Assembly: GCF_963921235.1 (NCBI RefSeq)
Contig: NC_086109.1
Coordinates: 13,828,001 to 13,892,000, forward strand
Direction: 5' to 3'
DNA from: Mobula hypostoma
Lineage: Eukaryota
DNA length: 64,000 bases
The notes beneath the pieces were generated by a model. The model was not told the DNA's origin and made no database searches. It saw only the letters and a program-made list of their open reading frames with translations. A program made the position numbers and the translations under genes. Of the stretch, positions 48,870 through 63,117 are shown one piece after another. The number at the start of each line of letters is the position of its first letter. Positions within the stretch are counted from its first letter, which is position 1.

Positions 48870-50527
48870 TTCGGGAAGTCTGATCACCTGGCTGTACTTC
48901 GACTCCCTGAGTATAGGCAGAGACTGAAGACTGCAGCATCAGTAGTGAGGACCAAGAAAGTGTGGACAAGGGAAGCACAGGAGCGCCTACAGGACTGCTT
49001 TGAATCGATAGACTGGACTGTGTTCAGGGATTCATCTTAGAATCTGGATGAGTATGCTGCAGTTGTTACCGACTTCATTAAAACTTGTGTGGATGAGTGT
49101 TTGCCTACAAAGAATTACTGTACATTCCCAAACCAAAAGCAGTGGATGAACCAGGAGGTATGTTGTCTGCTGAAGGCTAAATCTATAGCGTTCAAGGCTA
49201 GCAACCCAGGTCTGTACTAGAAAACCAGGTATGACTTGTGGAGAGCTATTTCAAGGGTGAAGAGACAACCTTGAACGAGGGTGGAGGTGACATTGGATGT
49301 ACGACAACTCTGGCAGGGTTTGCAAGACAATACTTCCTACAAAGCGAGACCCCAAAGCATGAATGGCAGCGATGCTTCGCTACCAGGTGAACTCAACACC
49401 TTCTATGCCCGCTTTGAGAGGGAGAATTTAACTACAGCTGTGACGATCCCTGCTGCACCCAGTGACGCTATGATCTCTGTCTCGGAGGCCGATGTCAGGC
49501 TGTCTTTAAAGAAGGTGAACCCTCGCAAGGTGGACGGTCTCAACAGAATACCTGGTAGGGCTCTGAAAACCTGTGCCAACCAACTGGCAGGAGTATTCAA
49601 GGACATTTTCAACCTCTCACTGCTACGGGCAGAAGTTCCCACTTGCTTCAAAAAGGCAACAATTATACCAGTGCCTAAAAAGAACAATGTGAGCTGTCTT
49701 AATGACTATTGCCCAGTAGCACTCACATATACAGTGATGAAATGCTTTGAGAGGTTGGTCAAGATTAGACTGCCTCAGCAAGGACCTGGACCCATTGCAA
49801 TTTGACTATCGCTACAACAGGTCAATGGCAGACACAATCTCAATGGCTCTTCACGTGGCCTTAGACCACCTGGACAATACAAACACCTATGTCAGGATGT
49901 TGTTCTTTGACTATAGCTCAGTATTTAACATAATCATTCCCACAATTCTGATTGAGAAGTTGCAGAACCTAGGCCCCTGTACCTCTTTCTGCATTTGGAT
50001 CTTCAACTTCCTAACTGGAAGACCACAATCTGTGTGGATTGGTGATAATATCTCCTCCTTGCTGACAATCAATATTGTTGCACCTCGGGGGTGTGTGTTT
50101 AGCCCACTGCTCTACTCTCTGTATACCCATGACCGTGTGGCTAGGCATTGCTCAAATACCATCTATAAATTTGCTGATGATACAACCATTGTTGGTAGAA
50201 TCTCAGATGGTGACAAGAGGGTGTGCAGGAGTGAGATATGCCAACTAGTGAAGTGGTGTTGCAACAACAATCTTGCACTAAACATCAGTAAGACGAAAAA
50301 GCTGATTGTGGACTTCAGAAAGCCGAAGAAACACACACCAATCCTCATAGTGGGATCAGAAGTGTAGAGAATGAGCAGTTTCAAGTTCCTGGGTGTCAAG
50401 ATCTCTGAGGACCTAACCTGTTCCCAACATATCGAAGTAACTATAAAGAAGGCAAGACAGCAACTATACTTCATTAGGAGTTTGAAGTGACTTGGTATGT
50501 CAACAAAAACACTCAAAAACTTCCATA
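48870..50527 (+). mobile_element. Rex1/Babar-like LINE RT region (decayed)
   Basis: [57 protein letters not shown]. Confidence 0.9.
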
Positions 50528-51244
50528 ATCGAATGGTGGAGAAGACTTGATGGGCTGAACGGCTTAATTCTGCTCCTACAGGATATCTTAAGGTCTTATA
50601 GTCTTATGAAACGACAGTTTGAACACTAAGACCCCAGACTCAGCACAAAGTTCATGGTGTACCAGGCAATGGTGGTATCTGCTCCTATGTATGTTTCTGA
50701 GGCATGGTTTACACACAGCAGCACTTGAAATTCAAGCTTATTGTCGTAGGCATACATACCCAGGGTATAAATGTCATGAAAGGTAGCCTTTTGCAGCAGC
50801 AGACCAATACAATGGGCTTGCACCGATCTACCTGCTGGGAGATCTGTCTGATGAAGTACAATAGAGACATGTAAACACTACAGCACATTCTCAGCATTGT
50901 TATTTCTTGTTCTCTGGGTGTAGCCGGGATTTAGAGTTGGCCTGACCCTGGAAATGCAGTCTTGCCTGTTTGCTGGGTCTATTATATACATAAATTCTCA
51001 CAAACAAAGCCCAGAATATCTGACATTTCTTTTATACATCAGTTGAACACTTAAAAGGAGTTTGAACGGCTTGAGGGTGCACATGCTTTTATTTCTCTTA
51101 CTAACTTCTCTCAGCTCTCTGCAAGGAATGTATGTACCAAAGAAATACTTGCAACCCACCTCCCAAAACGAAACTCCACTTGTGCTTCCGATTGTATACA
51201 TCACACAAGAGGACACGGAGAGGCAGATTCAAGAGACCTGACCA

Positions 51245-52155
51245 CCCAGTCACCACTTTATTAGGTACACCTGCTCATTAATGCAAATATCTAATTAGCC
51301 AATCATGCAGCAGCAACTCAATGCATAAAGCATGCAAGCGTGGTCAAGAGGTTCAGGCCAAACATCAGAATGGAGAAGAAAAGTGATCTCAGTGACATTG
51401 ACTGTGGAATGATTGCGGGTGCCAGACAGTGTGGTTTTAGTGTCTCAGAAACTGGGATTTTCATTCACAACAGTCTCCAGAGTTTACAGAGAATGGTGTG
51501 AAAGACAAAACAACATCCAGTGAGCAGCAGTGCTGTGGGTGAAAACGCCTCGTTAATGAGAAAGGTCAGAGGGCAATGGCCAGACTGGTTCAAGCTGACT
51601 TGAAGGCAAAACTAACTCAAGTAACCATACATTACAAGTGACGTGCAGAAGAGAATCTCTGAACGCACAACACATCGAAACTTGAAGCGGACGGGCTACA
51701 GCAGCAGAAGACCATGAACATGCCACTTTATTAGGTACAGGAGGTAAACTCTCAACTTGCTTACGGGAACACAAACTGGTGGTATGGAGACATGATCCAC
51801 TGTCGCTGATCTCGGTCACCACTTCAACTCGGACACCGCCAAGGTTCTGGCGCAGGCAAGCACAAAGCAGGCACAAGAGTTTTTAGAAGCGTGGTTCTCG
51901 TCTGATAACTCTGTAAACAACATTGAAATAGATGCTGTCTACTATCCCTTAAGAGCCGAAGAAATGCGAGCCTGTAGAACTCAAAGGTCAGCTGAAGGGG
52001 TAGCCAGTCAGGACTGAGGCAAGCGAACGGTTCCAGAGAGAAACACCAACAACTATGCTCTGAGAATGTCACCTCGAATGGTCTGCAAGATAATTGCTAA
52101 GCTCAGCGAGAACCGCAACATTGACAGGAGGTACCTAATAAAGTGGCCACCGAAT
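51245..52155 (+). mobile_element. non-autonomous Tc1-like element (same family as 13109-14299)
   Basis: ccactttattaggtac TIR motifs and shared interior. Confidence 0.75.
51747..52123 (+). mobile_element. second Penelope-like lineage, GIY-YIG C-terminal fragment
   Basis: 10-bp TSD ACAGGAGGTA at 51737-51746 / 52124-52133; translation LREHKLVVWRHDPLSLIS/GHHFNSDTAKVLAQASTKQAQEFLEAWFSSDNSVNNIEIDAVYYPLR. Confidence 0.75.
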
Positions 52156-52882
52156 CTTCGTACCAAAGGAAGGCTTGCCTCAACTGAAACTCCATCTCTA
52201 CATCTATTATGTGTGACACAAAAGGGGGGCGAGAGAGCGACAAATTCAAAGGAACAGATGAAAGCAACTCTGACCACCCAACATAATTGAATCCTTCTAC
52301 ATGTGGCTCCCATGCATTCACACCAGACTCTTTTGTTGATGCGTCTGTGGAATTCAAAGCACCCGGCTTTTTTTCTCTCTCTCCCTCTGACAGATGATTG
52401 CTAATGGCTTTGTTGTCACCTCAACAATTGTGCAGTAGGTAATGCAAGAGGAATTTGAAGGGGAATGGATTGTTCTAGACAAAGAGAAAATAGATGCCTC
52501 ACCTTCTGCCGCTTGTGTTAGCTCTGTCTGAAATTTGGAGCCTCCTGGGATGAGGTCAGCTGACAGTTCAGTGATGCAAAAGGCAAATGAGCAACAACAA
52601 ACAGGACTATTAACAATACCTTGAGTTATCTGGTTTATGCACCTATTGTTGAATGTGATGCAGAGCTGGAACATTAGTAGACAAGTAGGTTGTTGTAACC
52701 TTCGGTACCAGATATGCACCTATGCTGACACAGTCACTGTCCTACTATGTTTTCCTATGTCCCACTGCTACCTAGAAGAATTCTCCTTGCCAAGAGCCAC
52801 TGTGTCATTTTATCATATCCTGTCAGAGTCACCTTATGTACAGATATTCCTGCCCCAAGTGTCACTTTATGAACATACAGTC

Positions 52883-55800
52883 TATAAGACCATTAGATGC
52901 AGGAGCAGAATTAGGCTATTTGGCCCATCGAGTCTGTTCCGCCACTTCTTCATGGCTGATCCAATTTTCCTCTCAGCCCCAGTCTCCTGCCTTCTTGCCA
53001 TATCTCTTCATGCCCTGACCAATCAAGAATTAAACATAATGAGTCGGCCTTCACAGCTGCCTGTGGCAAATAATTCCACAGGTTCACCACTCTCTGGCAA
53101 AAGGAATTCCTCCTCATCTCTGTTCTAAAAGGAAGCCCCTCTATTCAAGGCTGTGACCCTAGTCTTGGACTCTCCAACCAGAGGAAACATCTCCACATCC
53201 ACTCTGTCAAGTATTTTACTGTCCGATAGGTTTCAATAAGGTCAACCCTCATTCTTCTGAATTCTAGTGAATACAGGCCCAGAGCCAACAAATGCTCTTC
53301 ATACGACAAGCCATTCAATTCTGGAATCATTTTTGTGAACCTCCTTTGAATCCTCTCTAGTTTCAGGACATCCTTTCTATGATAAGGGGTCCAAACCTGC
53401 TCACAATACTCCTAGTGAGGCCTCACCAATGATTCTTAAAGTCTCAACATTACATCCTTGCTTTTATATTCTAGTCCTCTTGGAATGAATGCTAACATTG
53501 CATTTGCCTTCCTCACCACAGAGTCAACCTGAAAATTAATCTTCAGGGAATCCATCAGTTTTTTGTAGAAGTTAGTCAACCCTTTCATTTCTGCTACCAA
53601 AGTGCATGACCACACGCTTCCCAACACTGTATTCCATCTGCCATTCCATTGCCCATTCTCCTAATCTGTCTAAGTCCTTCTGTAGCCTCTCAACTTCTTC
53701 AAAACTACCTTCCCCTCCATCTATCTTATCATTGTCTGCAAACTTTGCAACAAAACCTTCAATTCCATCATCCAAATCATTGACATATAACAAAAATGGA
53801 ATCGGCCCCAACAAAGGCCCCTGTGGAACACCACTGGTCACTGGCAGCCAACTAGAAAAGGCTCCCTTTATTCTGATTCTTTGCCTCTTGTCAATCAGGA
53901 ACTGATTTATCCATGCTACGATCTTCCTGTAATACCATGTAGCTTGTTAAGCAGCCTCATGTGTGGTACCTTGTCAGCAGCCTTCTGAAAATTCAAGTAC
54001 ACATCATCAACCACTTTGATTCTTGAAAGATCATTAGTAATGCCTCCATGATCTCTTCAGCCTCCTCTTTCAGAACGCTGGAGTGTACACTATCTGGTCC
54101 AGGTGACTTACCTACCTTTCAGTTTCCCAAGAACCTTCTCTCTTATTTTGGTAACATCATATACTTCATACCCCCTGACACCTGGAACTTTCACCTTACT
54201 GCTAGTGTCTTCCACAGTGAAGACTGATGCAAAATACTTGTTCAGTTCATCTGCCATTTTGTTGTCCCTCATTACTACCTCAGCAGCATTGTTTTCCAGC
54301 AGTCTGATATCCACTCTCACCTCTCTTTTACACTTCATGTATCTGAAGAAAATTTGGTACCTTCCTTAATATTATTGGCTAGCTTACTTTTGTATTCCAT
54401 CTTTACTTGCTTAATAAATTGTTAGTTGCCTTCTGTTGGTTTTTCAAAAGCTTCCCAATCCTCTAACTTCCTACCAATTTTTTACTCTATTATATGCCCT
54501 CTCTTTGGTTTTTATGTTGGCTTTGACTTCTCTTGTAGGCCATGGTCATGCCATCTTTCCTTTAGAATACTTCTTCCTCTTTGGGAAGTATATATCCTAT
54601 GCTTTCCGAATTGCTTCCAGAAATTCCAGCCATTGCTGCTCTGCTGTCATCCCTGCCAGTTTTCTTTTCCAATCGATTCTGGCCAACTCTTCTCTCATGC
54701 CTCTGTAATTCCCTTTGCTCCACTGTAATACTGATACGTCTGTCTTTAGCTTTTCCTTCTCAAATTTCAGGGTGAATTCAATCATATTATTATCAGTCAC
54801 CCCTAAGAGTTCTTTTACCTTAAGCTCTAATCAATTCTGGTTTATTGCACAACCCCAGAATAGCTGATCCACAAGTGGGCTCAACCATGAGCTGCTCTAA
54901 AAAGCTATCTCATAGACACTGTAGAAATTCCCCCTCCTATAATCCAGCACTAGCCTAATTTCCCCGATCTATCTGCATATTGAAGTCCTCTATGACCATT
55001 GTAACATTGCTCTTTTAGCATGCATTTTCTATTTCCTGTTGTAATTTGTAGGCCATATCCTTACTACTGATTGGGGGTCTGTATTCAGCTCCCATCAGGG
55101 TCTTTTTACCCCTGTGGTTCCATCACTCTAGCCGCAATGATTCAACACCCTCCACCCATACGTTACCTCTTTCTAATGATTTGATTTCACTTTTTACCGT
55201 CAGAGCAACGCCACCCCCTCTGCCTTCTTGCTTATCCTTTCGATACAATGTATACCCTTGGTCATTAAGTTCCCAGCTATAATCTCTCAGCATGATTCAG
55301 TGATGCCTACAACATCATACCTGCCAATCTGCGACCGTGCTGCAAGTTCATCTACCTTATTCCGTATACCGCATGAATTCAGATACAACACCTTCAGTCC
55401 TGTATTCACCCTTTCCGATTTTGTCGCATCATGCTCAACCTTTTGATTACTAACTTTGTCTGAGTCTTGCCAACCTCTCCACTAACTGCTCTGGCACTCT
55501 GGTTCCCATCCCCCTGCAACTCTAGTTTAAACTCCACTGTGCAGCATTAACAAACCTTCCCGCTAGGATATTATTCCTGCTCCAGTTCAGGTGCAAACCG
55601 TCCCTTATGTACAGGTCCCACCTTCCCTGGAAAAAAGCCCAATGATCAAAAAATCTTATGCCCTCCCTCCTACACCAACTCCTTAGCCACATGTTAAACT
55701 GTATAATTTTCCTAGTTCTGGCCTCACTAGCACGTGACATGGGTAGCAATCCTGAGATCACAGCCCTGGAGGTCCTGCCCTTTAACTTAGCATCTAACTC

Positions 55801-56800
55801 CCTGTACTCCCCGTACAGAACCTTGTCACTTGTCCTGCTTATATCATTGGTACCTAATGGACCATGACTTCTGGCTGTTCACCCTCCCACTTAAGAATGC
55901 TGAGGACTCGATCTGAGATATCCCGGACTCTGGCACCCCGGAGGCAACATACCATCTGGGAATCTTGTTCTTGCCCTCAGAACCTCCTGTCCATTCCCCT
56001 AACTAATGAATCCCCTATCATCACAACATGCCTCTTCTTCCGCCTTCCCTTCTGAGTCACAGAGGCAGACTCAGTGCCAGTGATTTGACCACTGTGACTT
56101 TCCTCTGTTAGGTCGCTCCCCCCCCCCACCCCACCGATAGTATCCAAAGTGATATACCTGTTGTCGAGGAGGATGGTCACAGGGGTACTCTGCACTGGTG
56201 TGTAATCCCTTTGCCCTTCCTGACTGTCACCCAGTTTCCTGTGTCCTGCACCTTGGGTGTAACTACCTCTTTATCTATCTATCACTCCTTCAGCCTCCCA
56301 AACGATCTGGAGTTCATCCAGTTCTAGATCCAACTCCTTAATGCAGTTTGTTAGAAGCTGCAGCTGGACGCACTTCTCACAGTTGTAGTCAGGGATACTG
56401 GAGGTCTCCCTGTCCTCCCTAAGCTTGCAGGAGGATCATTGCACTGTCCTGCCTGTTATCTCTACTGTCCTAGCTTACCAAGTATGTTCCTTGAACTTTT
56501 CTTTCCTTTGCTTTCTCAAAGCCTCTCTTTGCTGAAGCCTCCCAGAGCTAAAGCCTTGAGATGACCACTTGCACCATATTCAGCCAAATGATGGCCGCTG
56601 TGACGATGGCTGCTGCACTTGCCCCATCCTTCCTTTGGTTTGCTGTTACTAATCAATCCCAAATGCCGACTGGTCATTGGTCAAAGCTCTATCACACTGC
56701 CGCCACCTGCTTCTACCTTTTATCTTTGGGCAGTGGATTTGATTTATGTCCCCTCTTCTCCAAGCAGCCAATTTCCTGATTGGCCACTGGTCAAAGCTCT
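52883..56800 (-). mobile_element. near full-length decayed CR1 LINE (5'UTR, ORF1 esterase-like, ORF2 with internal deletion)
   Basis: VMIGDSLVRG, ISGLLP, DGLHLN (ORF1); SGVPQG, KFAD (RT); repeated 5'UTR motif tggtcaaagctcta. Confidence 0.9.
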
Positions 56801-56847
56801 ATTATGTACGTATATAAACTAATCTTACGTATATAAGCCCATATGGC

Positions 56848-58900
56848 CATAAGACATAGGAACAGGATTAGGGCACTGTCCATTTGAGATTGCTTTGCTA
56901 TTCCATCATGGCTGATTTATTATCTTTCTCAACCCTATTCTCCTGCCTTCTCCCTGTAACCTTTGACACCCTAATTAATCAAGAACCTATCAACTTCTGC
57001 TGTGTAAATACTTGATGACTTGCCCTCCACAGTCGTCCATGGCGATGAATTCCACAAACTCATCATCGTTTAGCTGAAGGAATTCCTTCTCATTGCTGTT
57101 CAAAATGGACATCCCTCTGTTCTGAGGCTGTGCCCTCTGGTTCTAGAGTCACCCACTATAGGAAACGTCCTCTCCACATCCACTCAGTCTATTCAATATT
57201 CAATAAGTTTCATGGAGATCCCCCATCATTCTACAAGAAGGGTCAGAGCCGTCTCTATTTCCTGAGGAGACTGAGGTCCTTTAACATCTGCCGGACGATG
57301 CTGAGGACGTTCTATGAGCCTGTGGTGGCCAGTATGATCATGTTTGCTGTTGTGTGCTGGGGCAGCAGGCTGAAGGTAGCAGACACCAACAGAATCAACA
57401 AACTCATTCGTAAGGCCAGTGATGTTGTGGGGATGGAACTGACAGTGGTGTCTGAAAAGAGGATGCTGTCCAAGTTGCATGCCAAGTTGGACCATGTCTC
57501 CCATCCACTACATAATGTACTGGTTGGGCACAGGAGTACATTCAGCCAGAGACTCATTCCACCGAGATGCAACACAGAACGTCATAGGAAGTCATTCCTG
57601 CCTGTGGCCATCAAACTTTACAACTCCTCCCTTGGAGGGTCAGACACCCTGAGCCAATAGGCTGGTCCTGGACTTATTTCCTGGTATAATTTACATATTA
57701 CTATTTAACTATTTATGGTGTTATTACTATTTAATTATTTATGGTGCAACTGTAACGAAAACCAATTTCCCCCGGGATCAATAAAGTATGACTATGACTA
57801 TGACTGTTAAACTCCAGAAAGTATGGGCCCAGAACCACCAAATGCTCCTCATACCTTTTCATTCCTGGAATCATTCTTGTGAACTTTCCTCTGGACCCTC
57901 TCCAATTCCAGAACATCTATTATGTAAGTGGCCCAAAACTGCTCACAATACTCCAAGTATGGACTGATCAATGCCTTATAAAGCCTCAGCATCACATCTT
58001 TGCTTTGATGTTCAAGTTTCCTTGCAATCAATGCTAACAATGCATTTGCCTTTCTTACCATCAACTCAACCTGCAAATTAACCTAAAGGGAATCCCGCAC
58101 AAGAGCTCTCAGGTCCATTTACTGCTCTGGTTTTTGAATTTTCTCCCCATTCTACAGAGTCCCTGCTTCCACAACACTCGGTGTCCTTCCAGCTATCTTT
58201 GTATTTTCTGTAAACATGGCCACAAAGTCATCCAAATCGTTAACAGATAATGTAAAAAGAAGTGGCTCCAATATGGGACCCTGCAGGACACCATTTGTCT
58301 CCTATCACTACCCCCCTACCTGACGTTACACTTCCCTGCTGAGCCTCAGAGCCAGCCAGAGTGCCACTAGCCCGGCTGCTGTTGCTGCACCACTGTAGGT
58401 CATCCCCTCCGGCAGTAATCAAAGGGGCATACTTGTTGCTGAAGGGAATAGTCACAGGGGAAACCTGAACTAATTGCTTACTTCAGTTACTGCTCCTGGT
58501 GGTCACCCATCTACAGTCTGAAGCCTGAACTCTGGGTGTGACCAGCTCAGTAAAAACTCATCTGTGAAGTTTTCAGCCTTCTGGATGATCCTGAGTGCAT
58601 CCAATTCCAGCTCCAGTTCCTTGACCTTGTTGGTCAGGAGCCGAGGTTGGCTTTGTAAAGGAAGATCGTTATGTACCCTGAAATCCCATATCTCACAGAA
58701 GGAGCATTCCACTGCCTGAAGTACCAACCTGCCTGTACTTGTTATGCCTCTAACTTCTCAACCTTAAGTTCTAGCCTGAGGCTGTACTTGCCCAAGCCTA
58801 TTGAGCCAAAGCCTGACCACTCTAACACTGTCCTCTCCAACAATGGCTGCTCCGCTCAAACCCTGCTTCTTTTTATTGACCCCTGCTAATTAATCCTAGT
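56848..58900 (-). mobile_element. internally deleted CR1 LINE interrupted by a Rex1 tail
   Basis: CR1 3' end at 56848-57232 resumes at 57806; ORF1 N-terminal remnant (VECSFCEIW...VKELELELDALRII) at 58503-58727. Confidence 0.8.
57233..57805 (+). mobile_element. Rex1/Babar-like LINE 3' end (comparatively young)
   Basis: YKKGQSRLYFLRRLRSF...HPLH...RKSFLPVAIKLYN; AATAAA and (ATGACT)n tail, also seen at 7871-7915 minus. Confidence 0.85.
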
Positions 58901-59101
58901 TATTATTAGCCCTAGTTATTATTAACCCAAGCTATCTCCCATTCCGCAGACAAGTCCTGACGAGCCATGCTCACTTTTTGAAACTGACGGGTAAAGTCCA
59001 CAAGGGACTGTCTCCAACTCAGTCTGTGGACTTTCATTAGATGGATAGACAGGAGAAGGCAAGGTTTATGTCCTTAGAACCGAATGGGAGATGCGATAGA
59101 G

Positions 59102-59659
59102 CAGGGTGGTGAACCTTTTAGAGAGCATGTCTCCAAATTGGCAAGAACCTTCTAAAAAAATATTTTCTTCTAATTTTGAACAAAGATTACTATTGATTAA
59201 TGAACTAGCAATAATAATTATGGATTTTTAAGGAAAAAGGATGTTCTGTTGCCTATTTATGTGCATGCATTATTCTACTATTAATAGAAGTATAAAAAAG
59301 CCAGATTGAAATAAATAAAGCATTATAGAAAATCTGATCAAAATTTTAAAATTAAGCTTTTAAAAAGACAATTGAAAAGTAACATTATTTCTAAATAGTA
59401 TTATTAATGTAACCATTGCCTATCCAAATCCTGATGTCGATACATATCATCCAATGTCATGTGTTCTCGTAACTGTCTAGCTGGTGCCCAGTTGGCGCGA
59501 GATGTGAAAAATCATTTACTGCCTCATTTGACTACAAAGACAATCATTATGTATCTTTTTAATTGTGGGTGGGGTTTGAAGAGTCGAGCCATACCACGTG
59601 AAAAGAAAAATTTGGCACCTGCCATCTTGGGCACCTGTGCCATATCTTCGCCACCCTTG
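59102..59659. mobile_element. non-autonomous hAT-like MITE
   Basis: Imperfect TIRs CAGGGTGGTGAA / TTCGCCACCCTTG; 8-bp flanks CGATAGAG / CAAGAGAG (6 of 8 match). Confidence 0.6.
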
Positions 59660-59974
59660 CAAGAGAGCAATGTGACGTGTTCAGCTCCCTCAGGGGATTG
59701 TGAAAGCTAAAGTTCACGTTTAATTATCATTCAGCCTTACATAAATATAGCCAAATGAAACAGGGCTCCTCCAGGGCCAAGGGGCACAACACATTAGCAA
59801 TAGTGCACAGCACATATGGTCACGAAAGCCCACTGGAGAATTTAATAAAATGGAGATAATTAAATTAGAAAGCTATAAAAATTGTCAATGAAAGTTCACT
59901 TAGCTTCTAAGGGTAATGAAGCCTCAAGAGGTTTCTGGGAATGCAGAGCCCTAGACCCATGGCCTGGGCTTGTA

Positions 59975-60444
59975 TAGCACTGTGGAAAAGTGTTTGGTAT
60001 ATATATATATATATATAGAGTGAGTCTGTAAATCTGGTAGGAGCAAAGGATGTTGTGGATGGCGAGGATGAAACACAAAGGAGGGCTGTGGGACAGCTGG
60101 CAGAGAAGGAGTGCCAGGGCAGGGGTTGGCATGGCTGCAGGCACACCTGGCCCTGAGACCCCAGGCAAGGTCATTTCATTCCAAACAGAATTTCCCTCTG
60201 GTGCTCCCCTCTCCCTCCCATCTCCCTTGCCCTTTTCCCAACCATGATTTCCCTTCTCCCTGCCCCCTTCCTACTCTCAGTCCACAATAGAGACCCATAT
60301 CCGAATCAGGTTTATCTTTACTCACATATGTCTTGAAATTTGTACTTTTTTGTGTGGCAGCGGTACAGTGTGATATATAAAATTACTTCAGAGCTGTGCA
60401 AAACTCTGAGGCACCCCGGCTATATATATGTGCACAGTGCTGTA
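59975..60444 (-). mobile_element. composite Tc1/mariner-like MITE (copy 3)
   Basis: Reverse-complement match to 19911-20443. Confidence 0.6.
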
Positions 60445-60934
60445 CCAATATACCCAGTGCATCCCTGAGAAAGCCCCCACTCCTTAAAGGGTATCATTGC
60501 AGATGCTGGAATCTAGCAACTGGAGATAAAATGCTGGAGGAACTCAGCAGGTCAGGCAGCATCTGTGGGGAGAGAGGGATCGTTGACATCTCGGGTCATG
60601 ACGCTGAGTCTGAACTGATAACCTGTGACATCAAGGTGTTTATTGGGGTGAGGGAGCATCCACTATGCTCATTGGGAATTCATGGAATAATGGTAGCTGG
60701 TGGAATAACCTCATAATGACCAACTTTTTTAATAGCGTGTGGTAGAAACGGGAATGCACTGCCACTGAGTTGTGGAGGCGGCTTCACTCATTAGGTTCAT
60801 TGAGTGATACCTCAGGGCAAGAGGCCCTTCGGCCCAACTCATCCATGCCAACCATGAAGGCCTCCTAAGCTAGTCCCACTTGCCTGTATTTGGCCCGTTT
60901 CCTTCTCACCTCTTCCTATCCATGTACTTGTCCG

Positions 60935-61159
60935 TAGACAACAAGAGATTATACAGGTGCTGGAAATCATGAGCAATGCACATAAACTGCTGGAGGAACT
61001 CAACAAGTTAGGAGCATCTATGGAAGGGAATAAGCATTCAATCTTTCAGGCCAAGAAGTCCTGATGAGGGGGTGTCGGCTCAAAACTTCAACTGTTTATT
61101 CCCTCCATAGATACTGCCTGACTTGGTGATTTTTTTTCCAGCATTTTGTGTGTGTTGTT
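60935..61159. mobile_element. miniature Penelope-derived fold-back insertion in a CR1 tail
   Basis: Inverted terminal fragments, agtc-ctgatga core at 61057-61067, approximate TSD catgtacYtRtc. Confidence 0.65.
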
Positions 61160-61324
61160 CATGTACCTATCAAAGTGCCTTTGAAATATCATTGTTTGGC
61201 CTGCCTCAACTATTTCCTCTGGCAGCTCATTCCATACGGACACTACCTTCTGCAGGAAGAAGTAGTCCATTGAGTCCCTTTTAAATCTTTCCTCTACTCG
61301 CTAAACCTATAGCCTCCAGCTGTT

Positions 61325-62085
61325 CCATGATCTCCGGGTGTGGCCTGGATGATGTGCACCTGTGGACAATCTGACTCCTTGCTGGTGTCACTGGCTGAAG
61401 CATTGTGGGAGACTGTAACATCGAGGCAGAGTTGTCCTGTTTCTGGGAAACCAAGGTAGCTGGGGTCCTGTCAGAGTCCGTGATCTACAGCTGCACTTAA
61501 ACTGCGGTGGGTTCTCACTCTCAGAACTTGCTGAGTAGCCTGCGTTTTGGGATCTCCGGGTGCGGCCTGGATGATGTGCGCCTTTGGGGTGCGGGCCTGT
61601 GGACTACCCAATTCCTTGCTGGTGTCGCCGACTGAAGCATTGTGGGAGATTGAGGCAGCAATGTATGCTGCTGTTGAAAGAAGGCCCTCGAGTCGCGGGG
61701 AAGGGGGGGGTGGAATTCGAATAAGCAACACCGCAGATTTTGGAATCGAAACAGTGAGCAGTTTGTCTCCCACTCCTCTGTTGCAGGAGTGATAGCTCTC
61801 TCTCCTTCGGTAGTCAGAGAGAGCCTGTTTGTGATGTCAAAGTGTTGGGAAGGACAGTTTTTGATGGACTCTAGATCATGGTCTGTGGGTGCTTTGCTAT
61901 TGCTAGCATGGTGGGTGGTGGCGGTGCTTGTGTGTGGGAAGGGGAGGGGGGCTTTGGGGTTCTAACACTTTCTGTCATTCATTCTTTGGGGTTTTCCTTC
62001 TGTTTCATGGACATCAGTGAAGAGTAAAGATTCAAGTTGTACATTGCATACATCCTCTGATATTAAATTGGACACGGAACCATTG
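61325..62085 (+). mobile_element. non-autonomous repeat with a duplicated ~220-bp 5' module (3' part related to 42875-43270 minus)
   Basis: gatctccgggtgYggcctggatgatgtgc...ccttgctggtgtc...ctgaagcattgtgggaga occurs at about 61330 and 61552. Confidence 0.55.
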
Positions 62086-63117
62086 AAAGACTGCATTCAT
62101 TCGATCTAGGCTCATGATTTTATGCACCTCTGTAAGTTCACCTTTCGGTCTCCTACTCTCTAAGGAACAAAGCCCTAGCTTGTCCTATCTGTCCCTGTAA
62201 CTGAGCCCCTCAAATCCTGGCAACATTCTTTACACTCTTTCCAGCTTAAAGACATCTTTCCTTCAGCAGGGAAACCAAAACTCTGCAGAATACTCCAGGG
62301 GTGATATCACCATGTCATGTAAAACTGCAAGATAATGTCTAAACTCCTATAGGTAGATAAATACTTTATTGATCCCAAAAGCAATTACAGTGTCACAGTA
62401 GTATTACAAGTATATTACAAGATATATAAATATTGGAAGAGAAGTAAAAAGAATAAAAAATAAGTTACTTCCAACAGTCCAACAGGAGGGGATCATCACT
62501 TTCCCAGCTATATGTTGACTCATTATAAAGTCTAATGTCCAAGGGTAAGAGTGTCCTCATATAGCGCTCTTTGGAGTGGAGCGGTTGTCTTAGTTTATTA
62601 CTAAAAGTGCTCCTCTGTTCAGCAAGGTGGCATGCAGAGGTTGAGAAACATTGTCCAGAATTGCCAGGATCTTAATGTTATAAATTTATAATGTTATAAA
62701 AGGTGTTAAGAGGAATTTGTTGAGGCAAGTGTAATAGCAACTTTTAAAAGACAGTTTGGGTTGCAAATGTTACTACGACTGGCAAATGGGACTAGCTTGG
62801 ACAGGGCATCCTGGTCAGCGTGGACTAGTTGAGCCAAAGGGCCTGTTTCTGTTCTGTATGACTATGACCATCTCAGTGATGTTCAGTGGAGCTATCTGTT
62901 GATTAGACTGGCCAAAGTAATATTCTCAAGAAGCTTGTTTGGAGACAGGATCCAAGTTATCATCAACTTGTTTGCTGGCATATGACAGAGAAAGTGCCTT
63001 AATCTAAACATCCACAAAACAAAGGTCCTTGACCAACTTTCCTCTGCCGTACAATACCAACATCAGATAATAAAGGTTCACAATGACAGTCTGGAAAATG
63101 TTGAAAGTCATTGCGAG

